Shown here piece by piece: positions 22,466-36,308 of a DNA stretch of 64,000 bases. The notes under the pieces are model-generated. The model did not search any database. It was given only the letters and a program-made list of their open reading frames with translations, and was not told the origin of the DNA. The DNA is from Oculina patagonica (lineage: Eukaryota): contig NC_135765.1 of NCBI RefSeq assembly GCF_052425735.1, positions 3,038,001-3,102,000 of the forward strand, read 5' to 3'. Position 1 is the stretch's first letter. Each line of letters begins with the position of its first letter. Position numbers and translations under genes: made by a program.

Positions 22466-25400
22466 ATGGTGGACGAGGCGACAAAGAGAACGGTAGCATC
22501 TATTCCCACTTTAAAAACAAAAGCTGGGCCACGCGATAGCGATGCTTGGGTGCAGAGGTTAAAAGAAGAATATACCAGCTTAATCAAGGTGGGTTATGTT
22601 TTGATCTTGGGGTTAAATTAAAAGAAGTAAGGCCAATTAAATGTAACACTAAATAGCTGTTTTACGCCTACGTGTACTTTATAGCTTATAATATAAGCTT
22701 ACTTATATTTTTTCTGTTCCTTTTAGTATGTAAGTAACAACAAAGAAGCTGACAACGACTGGTTTAGGCTTGAATCAAATAAAGAAGGAACGAGGTGACT
22801 TATAGTTTGTCGCTTATTTTGGTCTCGATCCGGATTTATTAATATTATAACACTAGAAAGCTGGTACACTAACTTATAAATCAGTCAATTCCAAGCGAGA
22901 TCATGTCCCCCAGGGCATTTGACTTTTCTCAAAATATCTGATCAAATTCGCCACTATGTGGGCCGGTTGCACAGTCAAATGCCCCACCAGTCGGAGCTGA
23001 AATGTCATTGTGAGTTGGGTCTTCTTGGTAAAATTAGGTCTAAACTGACACTAATGCCCTATTAATCAGCAAATTTAAATAGGAAAAGGTACATTTAAGC
23101 TGCTTTACATTAACTTAACTAAATACTTACTTCACGTGCTTGAGCTCACTAGCGTTTTATAGTTTTTGACACATTTTTCAATGGTCAAATGCGCGACCAT
23201 CCGGGCTCTGTTATTAAATTCCCTACTATCTGGGCCTCAGTAGCGGTCAAATGCCTGGGAGGGGTGATCCCGCTTGGAATTGACTAATACATTAGAACAA
23301 ACACCTCTAAACAGATTTCAACAACTTACAGATGCCAGAAACTTACAAACGACTTATTAACAACATAAACAAAACCGAAAAGCGGAATTCAAACGTAAAC
23401 ACAACAACTTAATTTGACTAACAATAGATGGATCGAAACGTACTGTGGATGCTTATAATTTCATTGACTGACCAGTGGAAGTAACTGTTGTTAGCATAAC
23501 CCAGCGACTGACTATTGGCAAAACACGTAATCTGATTGGCTACTCAGGTGCCGTCTATTGATGGAAAGATGGCTCTTAGAGGAAGCACTCAATTTTTTTG
23601 TGTGCACTCAATGAAAACCTTTAATAAATCAATTCTAACAAGAATGACAATGCCTTTCAACTTCCAAGGTTATTTAACGTCCAATTATATCTGTCAAAAT
23701 TCTATTGTTCTTCATTGTAACTGATTAGAAACAGAAACACAACAGTCCTGTACGCACTCTGTGGGATATGATAATTAAAATCAAAACAACAGAGAAACAC
23801 CATAATAGGTCATAATAAATAAATGCTTTATTCTGTAACGCTCTATAAAAGACTGCTAAATTTGGACGAAATGACTATTTGAAAAGAGAAAGGATTCAAA
23901 ATGCCCCCTGATTTATAAATTAGGAAAACTCCTATATTTGGTGTTCAGAGTTTGGTAAATATGCATTTACACATATACATTCATTCTCCTTAATTTTTTT
24001 TTCTTTGTAGATGGTTTGGTAAATGTTGGTATGTCCACAACCTTTTGAAGTATGAATTTGACATCGAGTTTGATGTAAGTGTCATTTTATTTAGTAGAAT
24101 CTACAAACATTGGCTGCTTTTCATAATAATTATTGTACTTAATTCATTAATTGTCTTATGGCTAAAAAAGTACCGTAATGATTTCATTTAGCGCCTGGGG
24201 TGCTGATTTACTTTTGGCACCTCAAGGGAGGGTGCTTATTCCAGACAGGGGGCTTATTTGGGACAGGGCGCTTATTCGAGACAGGGCGCTTATATTTAAT
24301 AAATAAATATTAAAATAACTTACAAGAACAGTAACAAATTGTTGAAAGTTCAGTTACTTGTAAAAGAATGGTTCATTTTAGCAGTAAATGTATACCTGTA
24401 GGGTACGGTGAATGTTCATGAGTTTATCTATTTGACGTTGATGACTTCAATAGGGGCAGTTATCCACAATAGGGGCGCTTATTAGAATAGGGGCTCTTGT
24501 AAGAATAGGGACGCTTATTAGAATAAGGGCGCTTATTGGAATAGGGGCGCTTATTGACAAAAACACATTTGAGGGGGGGGGGGCTTAATCAGAAGGGAGC
24601 ACTTATTGGAAGGAGGGCGTGTAATCAAATCATTACGGTACTTAAACAACACCTGTCAGTAAACTAGGGTCTTAAGGATCTTATTCTGTTTGTGCTAAAT
24701 TAAAGGGATACTTTAGATCAGCTTTCAACATTTGCTAAACATGTAGCAATTGCACTATTAAACCAATTGAGAAACATCTGAAGCTTGACAGAAGAAATCA
24801 AAAGTAGACATTTCCTTATCTCTCAACCTTAATGTGATTCCTTTTGTTTTATTCCCCAAGCCTCAAAACCAACTAAGAATTTTGATATCTTGAGAATGGC
24901 CTATTAAACTGCTCATTATCAACTTGCATCAATTGATAGTCAAGGGAAAAAAGCCCTAAGTCGACTATCAAAAGAAAAGAAACCTGACAGTCAGCAGTCT
25001 AATGTTGTTAAATATGTAGCTAGATGATAGTGAGAAATATTTTATTTTATTTTTAAGATTCCCATTACATATCCTACAACTGCACCAGAGATAGCCATTC
25101 CAGAACTTGATGGTAAAACTGCAAAAATGTACAGGTAATACTGATGAGCAATTCTAGTTAATTGGACTGAGTGTTGTCCAGTTCAGGGAGTAATCAAGTG
25201 AGTAATTTCAAAGTGCATGCTCAGCTGATCTAAAATTACAAGAATGATTACTCTCTGGAGTGAATTGTATCAAATGTTACATGGTTCATCAACTGATAAA
25301 TTGTATCAAAAACAAATTTTGCGGTTGGGAAAGTCTATCAGAACCCCTTTGCAGTGAAAAAGTCAAAGTTATATTCAATCAGTTTTACAAACAGTAGGAA

Positions 25401-27326
25401 AACAGCAAGAAAGAACCCATGGATCTAAGTGCATGTGATTGACAAGGCAAGTTTGAGCTTTTTTCTCTGAGTATTGTGGCTAATCAGGTCATTTCCTAAT
25501 TCTGCTGTTCATGGATAGTGTCAAGAAACTTATATTAATATCGAAATTTATTAACCAAGTGTAAGGGCTGTACTGGGGGAAAATTGGCTCTAGGTCTCCA
25601 CAGTAATGTTTAAGTGTACCAAGGTCTGAACAGAAAAGACTATTGGCCAACATTCTACCAGTGCAGTCCCAAGCTGTCTTGGGAAATATTTTTTTACATG
25701 ACTTCCCAGGGGGTACTCGAGATTTCAAGTGTCAGGGATGATCGAGGGATTTTTTGGTGTTTGAAAATTTCGATTCCAGAATTTCTTTGGGTAAGAAAAT
25801 TTGGCAAGTGTTTTTTTGGGGGTGGCTTGATTAAGTACTAGGGATTTTTGTGGGTATTAAAACAATCTAAAGATTTGTGGTAGTGCCTTGGCTGAGCTTT
25901 TTGATTGTGTTATGTCCTTCCCCCTTTCTGGATTTTTTTACAGGTCAGAGATTCAGCATGGGATGTTTTGGGGTTAATTTTTTGGTCCAGGGATTTTTTT
26001 GGATATTGTTGGAAGCCCTAGAGATTTTTTGGTGTTTTTTTTTTTGCCCCCATCCTTACCTCTTGAAATCCACAGTACCCCCCCCCCCCCTGGGCATGAT
26101 TGTATCATCGAAGAAGAGCTGAAGAAACCGAACCCAGTCTAATGTTTAGATAATAGTTGACTGGCATAACTATGATTTGATTGGTTAATTTTAGTTGTTC
26201 ATCCTCAAAGCTGTCTCAGTTGTGTAATAATCTATGAACTTTTTACATTTCAGAGGTGGAAAGATTTGTATGACAGATCATTTTAAACCTCTCTGGGGAA
26301 GGAATGTTCCCAGATTTGGAATAGCACATGCCATGGCTCTAGGGGTGAGTACTTTCTCTGGCAGGCCACTGTGTTGGCTTGGGTTTTTTATTTACTGAGC
26401 TTCAATAGGATGCGATAAGTCTATCACAAGTTTGAACCTAGTTATATGACCAAGCTTCTACAGTTCTCCTGGAGCTGGCCTTGGACCGATGTACTTCTGT
26501 TGGAAGGGGGCCGGGGGGGGGGGGGGAGGGGTGTTCCGGTGACATGCTCTCCCGGGAAAATTTGGATTTCAATTTCTCTTAGATACCAGAAAATGCACTT
26601 GAAATTAAAAATTTAAACGTTCAGCGCTTAAATTGTTTTTTAAAAGAATTGATTAAAACGACAAAACGTTGCGATAAAGAGACGTTGCTCCACAAATCGT
26701 TCGATACAATTACTCACTGACCCTTTAAACCTTACATCAAGGCAAAAGCCTTGTCTTGTTGTTGAGATACCCGCAACTGAGATGTTACCAGAACGAATGA
26801 AAAGAGAAAATACAATTTCACTTTCATTGTTACCAAATAAATTACCTTTAGCACGAGCTCGAAAACAAACAGTATTGTTTTATAAACTTCACCCATTTGT
26901 TCGAATCGAAACTGACCAATGATGAAACAGGCCATTTTCATGAAAGAACCACTCGCCCTATAAAAGCCAGCTTTTTTCAGTAATAAAAGGCATGATCCTG
27001 TAGTAGCCTAATATGTTTTCTTTTTGACTACATTTTTTCACTGATCAAAATCCTATACATAATTTACTCTCAGTTGAACCTCCCATAAGCAGCCACCCTT
27101 GGTAGCTGACAAAGTGTCCACTAAGGACACTTTGCCTCTGTTTCAAGACGAGTCTACATGCAAAACCATTCAAATGAAAATAAGTTTGATTTACATGAAA
27201 ATGGACCTGTAGGTGAAACTCATTTCCATATGAATGGTTTTGCACAGACTCGTCTTGAAACAGAGGTAAAGAGTAACTCAAAAATGGCCTATTAAAGGCA
27301 GTAAATTATTTTATTGACAATAAAGC

Positions 27327-27361
<35 letters not shown>

Positions 27362-27496
27362 GAAACCAACTTTTAAAACCACCGTGGTAACAACATTATT
27401 TTTATCTTGTAGCTTGGTCCCTGGTTAGCTGTGGAGATCCCTGATCTAATAGACAAGGGATTAATTGAATACAAAGAAAAATCTGCAAGTAAATAG
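22466..27496 (+). CDS. UFC1: Ubiquitin-fold modifier-conjugating enzyme 1 (E2 for UFM1), 168 aa, six coding exons
   Basis: Exons 22466-22588, 22727-22794, 24011-24074, 25058-25134, 26254-26344, 27413-27496, all GT-AG, total 507 nt. Translation MVDEATKR...AGPRD...[18 protein letters not shown]...[25 protein letters not shown]...[15 protein letters not shown] motif at 106-108 and catalytic Cys at 116; AATAAA at 27524. Confidence 0.97.
24173..24638. mobile_element. TA-flanked MITE in UFC1 intron 3
   Basis: TA|CCGTAATGATTT ... AAATCATTACGG|TA with repeated AGGGCGCTTATT subterminal motifs. Confidence 0.75.
27327..27362. repeat. (TTG)n microsatellite in UFC1 intron 5
   Basis: About 12 perfect TTG units. 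Confidence 0.9.
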
Positions 27497-27972
27497 TTTA
27501 GAAATGGATGTCTGGAAAAAAAGAATAAATTCTTTAATCTGGAGAGTTTTGCGTCCAGTTTAATAAGTGTTTTAAATCAATAACTTGACTGTAGTGACAA
27601 TAATGTGAGGGATGGATCATTATATTTTTGAGGGGTGTTAGCCATTACCAAAAAATTACTGTACAGCAAAAACAGAGAAAAAAAATCGCCTTAGCCGCGA
27701 AAAAAAATATGTTGAACAAGCCTGAAAAACTGTCTATGAAAAACTGTTATCTCCCTCCACAGCAGAAAGAAAACTTATTGAATATGGGGTAAAAAAGAAC
27801 AATCTGTGTAAGGTTTATCTTTTACCTTTTAACGTTACAAAAGAAACCAAAATGGTGATGTTCCAGTACAAGATCATACATCGCATCCTGCCTACGAATA
27901 GCTTATTACATAAGATGAAGAAAGTTGACTCCCCAACTTGTCCTTTTTGCCCTACCGAGCTCCATACCATCT

Positions 27973-29171
27973 TCGGGGGTGGAAGAGGAATTATTGGAAG
28001 TGACTTATTCATTATTCCTTCACATTTTTCACGACTTATTCATTATTCATTTTCAGACTTTTCTTGTTATTCATTATTCCCTATTGCCTAAATAAAGTAA
28101 ACCTTCATTTTGTATGGGATGGGGTGGAATTTGATCGACAGTGCCTGAAAAATGCGTTTACCCTCCTTCGTTATCAGATATTTTTACCCTGTCCCCCCTT
28201 CGTAAATCCTAATTTGTTATACAGTAAAAACCCGCGTGTAAGAACCTATTTTTTTAGAGTTTGGCAAAACAGGTTCTTGTATTATGGGGTACTTATTGAC
28301 AGTTTAGGCTAAGTAGGTTCTTAATCAGGTCCTTAATTTCTACAGAGTAGACATTGTTGTTGATTATCAGAAAATAGTATAAAATCTGGTCTGTTCTTCA
28401 TTATAAATATTTATTAATGTACCCATGTTACCAAAAGTCCAACAACATACTGTATATACCCCAGTAACATCACCTTAATCTGGTTTTTGGTAAAAAATAT
28501 ATATAAATTAAATAGTTAAACCCTACATATAAGAACCTGTAGGAATTTGTTTGGCTAAACAGGTTCTTATATTTTGGGGTATTATAAAAGCAAATTTCTG
28601 CCAGAAGGTTCTTAAATGCCTAGGTTCTTACACGCGGGTTTTTACTGTATATATGACCCCCCTCCTCCCCAAAAATGAAAACGTATCAAGCTAAATTTCG
28701 AATATCAGACAAAATTGCAGTTTAAAGTGATAACAAAAATACTGTAGTGTATTGATGGGACGTGATTGTCACTGTGTCGATAACTGTGGTTCAGCTTAGA
28801 TTGTTTGCAACCAGATAGTTAGAGGGATGGACTTGATGCTGCCTGATAAATAACAAAGTAGGGGGGTCCGGGGGCATGCTCCGCCGGAAAAATTTTATTA
28901 TTTGAACCCCAGAAACGCTATTTTAGGCATTCTGGTAGAAGTCTTGCACTATTTTAGATGCCCATCATACAATTAATTATTTTGAGTGTCCCACTCTCTC
29001 TTTGGCCTGAAGATAAAAGATAAAGTTTGAGCACGGTGAATAACCACTATTCATTATTCCTTTACTGGAAATGACTTATTCATCATTCCAAGCATTGAAC
29101 CTTAAATATTCCTTATTCATTTTCTGTTTTAGCCCGTTATTCATTATTCATTATTCCTCTTCCACCCCCGA
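27973..29171. mobile_element. DNA transposon derivative with 8-bp TSD (hAT/P-like) inserted in the LINE zinc finger
   Basis: TIR TCGGGGGTGGAAGAGGAAT / ATTCCTCTTCCACCCCCGA; TSD TACCATCT; TTATTCATTATTC subterminal repeats. Confidence 0.8.
28222..28647. mobile_element. Tc1/mariner-pogo-type MITE nested in 27973-29171
   Basis: TA|CAGTAAAAACCCGCGTGTAAGAACC ... GGTTCTTACACGCGGGTTTTTACTG|TA. Confidence 0.85.
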
Positions 29172-30078
29172 TACCATCTGACACCTTTTTATAGAGTGCA
29201 CTCAAGCAAAAACTTTCTGGGTAGATTTTCAAGATTGGTACAATATTCATAGTAGAAAAAGAGTCCATCTTTCGAACTTAGATGTCTTATATGGTATATT
29301 GGACTCTGCTCGTGGTTGTTTAGCCCTAAACCATCTTATTACATTAGGAAAATACTTTTTATACCTTAACACCGGCCAAAAAAATAAAGTTCAGTTTAAT
29401 AAGTACATATCCCTCGTTCGCGACAATTATCGTTAGAAAAACATATTGCTATCAAATCTAGTAAATACGATAACTATATCAAGAAATGGAATTTTTTACA
29501 AAACATTTAGTTTCCTTTTGTTTTTGTTTTCTATTTTTTTCACACTGTCTGAGCTGTACTGTAAAGTAGCTCCTTTTGTAAAGTTAGTGATCTATATTTT
29601 GTAATCATCGTAATGTTGTATGTTTAATGTTGTAAGTACTTGCAATTAAAAAAAAAAAGCCTGAAACAAAATTCTGCTCAGAAAAATTGCCCACCCCAAC
29701 ATCTCGTAAAAACTAAGTTTTGGCGATAGCCAAGGACCGACTTTGTTGCTTGTTTGTTTCAAAAAACGACTGTTAAATTAAGTTCAAAGATGCACAACAC
29801 TAAGACCAATTTAGCCACTATCCCGCCAACATGACACGGCAAGCGTTGGTCCACATTGACTAGTAGACACTCATCGTTTTCTTAAAATCCGCGAATTTGA
29901 TTGGTTGTCTCATTGGATATTCGCCCTGGATAATCGCGCGCGTTGTCCATGAAAGGGAAAAATCATCCTAAGTTTTGGCTTTAAAACAAAAGATGTGACG
30001 CCGTGAATCCTGACCGGTGAAAGGAACTTCGAATCCCACCTAAGCCAATGAATTTCTTTTACGGTGCTCAGGAGTTAA

Positions 30079-30467
30079 AGGGACTGTGTCACGACTAAGT
30101 TAATCTTATGTTATTAAATTTTGCCAAATATTCGCTATGAAACTTAATGTTTGCAAAGAAATTAATTCTATGATTCTAAATGACAAAACCATAGCTTCAT
30201 TGCAGTCAAATGTGTCTCCCGGGCGTCATAAATTAAAGTTACAAGCAGACAAGATCAACTTTGAAAACTGTTCCGCCGGACCATATTTCAAAAGCCCACA
30301 TCGCAATCCGTTTCAATCTTCGACTTTTGGCCATCCGTACCTTCTTTTGCATTTGGTGTGTTATTTAAATATTCCTTCACTTTTTAAGAGGTTATTTTAT
30401 ACATTTAAACAAATTTGATGGTTATTTCCTATGCCTAAGTTTGGCTAAAATCCGTGACACGGTCCCT
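30079..30467. mobile_element. TTAA-flanked MITE (Kolobok/piggyBac-like)
   Basis: TTAA|AGGGACTGTGTCACG ... CGTGACACGGTCCCT|TTAA. Confidence 0.75.
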
Positions 30468-32514
30468 TTAAGTCCCGGGCAGGTTCTCCCATATATGAGC
30501 TATAAAGTTATCCCCTGCTGTGAAGGGTATGATTTTCAAGCAGTTTAGTCTGGGATAGGGTATAGAAATAAAAAAGTTTGGTCTAGAATAGGGTAGCATT
30601 TGCCAGGAAACTTTGCTATTCTGTGACATTACAAGTGCACGCCTATTTGCCAGGAAACTGATCATTGGTATGAAGAATATGAATAGAAACTCGGAAGAGA
30701 AAGAGGGTTTTCTAAACATAAATAAAATCATCGCGGCTACATAGTTGACAGACCTTAGTCGTTTACCTCACATTTCTGGTTAACGAAGGAGGCACAGGAT
30801 TGTCTCCTCCCCCGCTTGGGCTGCCTTGGGACTCCCCTCCCCCTCCTCGAGAGTCTGTAGGCGAGCGCGGGCGTACGCACCAAAATTTTCGGACTCCTGG
30901 GTTTACAAAAATTCTCACGTACCCGCATTACCCATGGTGCTCCGCGCGCGCTAGCCCGCCCAGGAGCTCCGGTAATAATTTTTAGGTGTTTTTCCATTTA
31001 ACAAGGACAAAACTTGAAAAAATCAGCCTGACTTTTTCAAGTTGAGATCTAAAGTTCTTGATGGCATAACAATAATATGACTTGTTTATCGCTTCAGTAC
31101 ACCTGCATGGTGATTTTTAACAAAATTGGACCACTATCCGTAGTTTCCAAATGTCTTTCGGCTCTTGAGTTTTTAGGCTCTTGTCCTTTAGTCAATGATC
31201 AGCAAATAAGAGATAACAAACCTCAACATTTTGTCGTAAAGTGGCAAGCAAGAATCTCTTCCGTAGAAAGCACACTTTTAAAATTATTCGATTTTACCGG
31301 CAAGCAGAATGCAAACAGACTAGCCGTGATCTCTGGGCAGAATTGTCGGCAGGACCCTCAATCATAACATGACACATGATCTGAGCAGAATTTGTGATTT
31401 TTAAATAGTTTTATAAGTTTAAATATTTTTAACTTTTACTAATTTTAGAATCAAATACAAATGTAAATAGCCTAATTAATTGTAAATATTTTTAACTTTT
31501 AATACTTTTAATTTACACGACCCCACAAGCTGTAAGCTTTTATCCAAATCGTGTTTTTAAATAAAGGCAACTTACTTACCTACTTACTTAATTTACAGTA
31601 AAACAATTTTTCCGAGCGGAAATCACGTCAAACAGAATTGCCATTGCTAAGTAGAATTTACTTCACAACAAATATTTCTGCACAGAATTGAAAACAAAGA
31701 TCAATTAGAGCCTTATTGAAATTAAAGCAGTATATATTTTTAGGCAGATTTGCCTTCTTGCCTGCAAAAAAGCTATCACGTACTGAACAGAATTTCCAGC
31801 AGAACAGATCACACCTAAAGAGTTTTTTTACGAGCAGGATAAAACTGTGATATCTTAGAAAGTGATTTTCTACTTTAAATATTATCCTTAAGATTTTTTT
31901 ATTTAGTTCTTAAATTAGTATGTAAATAAGTAAATAATTGCTCATGTATTTTATTATTTTTGGTCCGATTTTTTACTTGAATGTGCCTCAGCCTCGGGAA
32001 TTAAATTAGGCAATCACAAGACTAATGCCATTGAAATAAAATAAAATAAAGTATTCACTATTGACAATATCTGAGAAGTATATTGCCTGTTAAAAAAGCT
32101 AGTTACTGAGAAGAATTTTTCTGCAGAGTGCATGGATCATATCTAAACATATCTGAGAGCAGAATTTAGAGTTTTAATTTGCTTAGAAATCACGCGGCCG
32201 CACATAATAATAGCCTGCGAGCATATATCTTCCTTTCGGTTAAGAGCACATGTTTGAAGCGTCGGTAAAACTCCTGGGAGATGACTGACTCAACATCTAA
32301 AGGCAACCAATAGTACAAACTCGTGAGGTCATAGTAACAATAGAAAAGCTAGCTGTCAGCTTTATTCTCGATTGCCCGTGCTTTTATCAGAAGAGCACAG
32401 TGTTTCAGCAACCGAGACGAAGTAAGTTTTTGTGCATTTGCGTTGTATTTTTTCTGTCCTTTTATTCAATATTTACGTTTTCTAGCTAATTGTTCTTGTT
32501 TTCATTCTTTGCAG

Positions 32515-32592
32515 CCGTTTGTAACGTTTTGAAACTGAAGCAACAACCTTAACGTCTTTTTACTTAAAGTTGAAATCAGAGCAGTATTTTGG
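32515..32592 (+). other. Candidate non-coding 5' UTR exon of the + strand GPCR
   Basis: Short intron 32422-32514 (GTAAGT ... CTAAT branch, pyrimidine tract, GCAG), then a 78-nt exon ending in GG|GTGAGT; a TTTGTACAG acceptor lies at about 36145, before the GPCR ATG. Confidence 0.45.
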
Positions 32593-33249
32593 GTGAGTTT
32601 GTTACAGTACCGTAAATGATCCATTAAGCGCCGCGGCGATCCGTGTTACCCATGGTGCTCCGCTCGCGGCACCTGCCTTGGGAGCTCCGCTAAAAATAGT
32701 AAGTCTGTTATAGGTAGGGATTTTCTGTGTCTAGTCTAGTATAGGGTTGCAAAATCAGCTGAACATGGTCTGGTATAGGGTAAGGGTTTCAGAGTCCCAG
32801 CAGCACACCCCAACTTAAAAATATACAGAGTGCTCCCCCCTGGAGTTAAGTGCGGTCTCATCATTTGTCACCAATTTGGCTTCAAAAAGCCTAAACGTGT
32901 GGACTTGTAGCTTTTATGCTACTGAAACATTTGGACTACTCGCCCTCATAGCATGTAGTCTAATTGTTACATTGTGACGAGAACAGGAAACTTTACCGCG
33001 GGAAATATTCGTTTTATCTGGGAGTGAAAACACCTTTAATGCCGTCAAGCATTAGGCGCACGAGCCCATGATAAGTTTTATATGGAATGATTGACAGTCA
33101 AAAAATGTTATAAAAGACAAATTAATTGCCATTAAAAGCGATCTTGTTGTTGTCTGCCTGGTGTTTTCAAGAATCCCAGAGCGTACTGGACGCAGCAGTT
33201 TTAGTCGACGTGGGAACGAGGTTGGTCCTAGTAAGGTCCGAGTTGGCCC

Positions 33250-33508
33250 CATTCTCGTTCCCAGAGCCGCTCGTCCCTCTTAGGCGGCTGAGCCTGGGGC
33301 AGGAGGAACAAGTGGCTCTGGGGACACATGATTTGACTGGCCGGATTTCAACAAAAGGAACAGCCAATCAAATGAAACGTTTTAAAATCCCTTTGTTATA
33401 CGTTTGTTCAAATCTGGCCAATCAAATCATGTGTCGCCAAAGCCACTTGTTCCTCGTGCCCCAGGCTCAGCCGACTAAGAGGGACGAGCGGCTCTGAGGA
33501 CGAGAATG
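33250..33508. mobile_element. Palindromic MITE with ~9-bp TSD
   Basis: CATTCTCGTTCCCAGAGCCGCTCGTCCC ... GGGACGAGCGGCTCTGAGGACGAGAATG, flanked by (G)AGTTGGCC; related copies near 4302-4395 and 18139-18380. Confidence 0.8.
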
Positions 33509-36308
33509 AGTTGGCCTTGATCCGCAAACTCGCTCCAGTCCCTCCACACCTGCTGTGCGCGTGTCGTGCGCGTGCACATTTTGAAAAAGAAACTGCTGAC
33601 AGTCTATGTGTATGCTTTGGTGTTCTCGTACCCAGATCTCGTACCTATTTTGATTTTATGATTTGTCTTGTATTTCGTGCCTAAATTTGAAAAACGATTG
33701 AGTTGCAAACAGTCAGAAACCATCACGAATCTTCTATCTATCCGTCGTGGATCACGACACTGGCCTACATATCTCATGACACCAGTGAATTCCAATTACT
33801 GTGACATTGTTATAAAAACTTCATTAAATCACTTGTTTGTACAAGCATTGTCATTCTGCCGGAAAAAATAAATAGAAAGTAAGATGGAAAAAGGATATCT
33901 TGGTAAACTGAAAGACGTGCAAACAAGCATACACTTTCAAGAATACTTAGGAAATGGTCGAAAACCATCGTTCTCTTTATAAACTGGCAGGACTGTGTGT
34001 TGGAAAAAAATGCGTTTTATAGTGAACGAAGATGAAACGCGAGCTTCTACTAATGAAGTTTCCAAGCTTTTCTTTCTAATTATTTCTTTATGCTGAAGCA
34101 AAAATATTATCTTAAATGTTTGCAGACAACGCGCGACTTTGTTTGAAACTCGAAAGACGTGCTATACTTTCTCCAACATCGGGGCAAACAACTTACGTAA
34201 ATCTTTGCCCAGAAATGAAGTTTGAAAAGCAGTAAATGAATTGAAAGGTCGTTTGTAGGAATCCGTGCTAAATGCTATCGCTTACTTAGTGCAAACATTA
34301 AGCTGAAAGATGTCAAACTAACCATCTTCGCTTAAGCTTATCTTTCCATTTTGCCGTACGAATTAGAGAAAGGCCGGTTTCGCTTTGAGCTGCCGTTTGC
34401 CGTTTCAATTACGTGCACTTGGCTTAGTAAGTGTTGAAATGTCTTAATCCTGGCCGTCTTGCTTCCCTTCTTATCTTAAAAGTGTTTTTAAGTGCTAAAA
34501 TTTCTTTTTTTTTTTCAACCCGCTCATAACCCTTCATTTCGCAATTTCATATTTGTTTTTTAAGAGTGCGCGCAATGCCATTGGCAGCCGTTCTCTGTCA
34601 ATTCAAAATTGAAGACTGTAAATGATTTTTTTCTATGAAAGTTAATATTATATAAGAGCAAGCTCTTAATCGCTTAAAGCGAATTAAAATAATTTTATCC
34701 AAAGACGAAACTTCGAGTTAAAGAAATAAATTTATTAGTGGCATGTCATTGCCAAAGTAATTTCAAACTTGAAATGTAAATTCACAAATCCGCTTTTCTT
34801 GTCGGGGATTACCGGGTCATCTAAAACGAAATTTGCTCACAAAAACTAATTTTCACACCTTTACTAAAAGTTTTCATATCCGTCAATTTAAGTAATAGCA
34901 AAAAAATGCTCGGTGATTGGAGAAAGGTTAATGTCTTCAGTAAATTGTAACATTAACTTTAATTTGCCTCGAAGTTCGCATTTATTAATTTTGTTCGAAA
35001 AATTTTCTTTTTCTTCAGGGAGAATAAAATACGTGCTCGATTTCGCAGATCGAACTTTTGCGAATTTGCTGCATTTAATGAAGTACCTCCAGTTTCTTAA
35101 TATTAATAAAAAAAGATGATGTTTTCAAGTAGCTTGCATCCGACGTTAGCCATCAAGAAAGCTGGCCCTTGTGTACAATTATCAAGAAAAGATGTATATA
35201 TTTATATGTATATATCAATTTTCTGATAATCTACTTATTTTCCCCTTTAGCTTTCGAATAGTTTTTGTGTGACTGTGAATTCGGTTGGCAGGTGAACATT
35301 TAAAGTCTTTGACAAGTGACATTTTGTTCTGTTCAATTCACGGAAACGTTTAAAGATATTCGCTTTCTTTTGACTTGAGGCAAACGTGACTGCAATAATT
35401 GTCAAGAGGTATTTTTTATCGCAAAGACAACTTTTCCCGTTAATGATGTAGACGGCGTTTTTTTCTTCTTGACTGATATTGGGAGAAATCCGAAGAATCT
35501 TATATCGCTGGATTGCATAAGCAACATTTAAATTGATGAAGATTAGATCCTGGCCGGAATCACTAATTCTCAAAGTCAGGTCCGCCGGCATCAAAGTCGA
35601 CGAGAAAGTACAAGCTTCCATTATCAATATCTCTGCCAAACGATAACTACATTATATTAGCGCAGCAAGAAAAAGCATTTTAAAACTTGTGGGTGATAAG
35701 ATTTATGTGTTACCAGCAAATATAACAGATTGCACCTTCGCCGTGAAAAGTTAACAGCAAGGTTTCAAGTCAAGCTCACAGATTGCTAATTCGTCGCTGT
35801 TAAACTCCGCTACAAAGAACAAAAAGTCGAAATCAATTACTGACAGCGCAGCAAGGTAGTTAGTATATAAAGGAACCGCTACAGGTTTTATTAATTTGTT
35901 ACTTGAAATTGCAGTGCTTTGCACTGTTCTTGACAAAATTACTTTTCTGCGTTAGTAGGCGTCTGTTTGTTTATCTGCGGCAAACAAATTGAAAACTACT
36001 TATAACTTTGGGCTGTGGTTGCGGCAGACGACGCTCAAGAAAGCCTCCATTATATTGGTCAAAATAAGCTTCTGTGGACGCGAAAGGAAGCCAGAAGAAC
36101 CTTTTAGCGGCGAGCAACACTTGTCGCTGAAATTGTATTTGTACAGCTGAACCATTATAGATAGAATCAACAACGAGATTCGATCAGAAGTTACGGTTGA
36201 GTTACAAGCAACATTTTCAACCGAGGTCTTCAACCACAATTTATCCTGCTATTGGTAAAATACCGCCTTCAAAAAATCGCTTGAAGTCCTCCAAGCAGCG
36301 ACGAAAAA

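Larger units (their letters stand above)
27728..29656 (+). mobile_element. 5'-truncated non-LTR retrotransposon (L1/Tx1-like ORF2 C-terminus), interrupted
   Basis: Reads ...FQYKIIHRILPTNSLLHKMKKVDSPTCPFCPTELHTI / HLFIECTQAKTFW..., the zf-RVT CxxC...H...C motif. Ends in a poly(A) run at about 29648-29658; TSD AAGCCTGAAA (27718-27727, 29657-29666). Confidence 0.8.
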
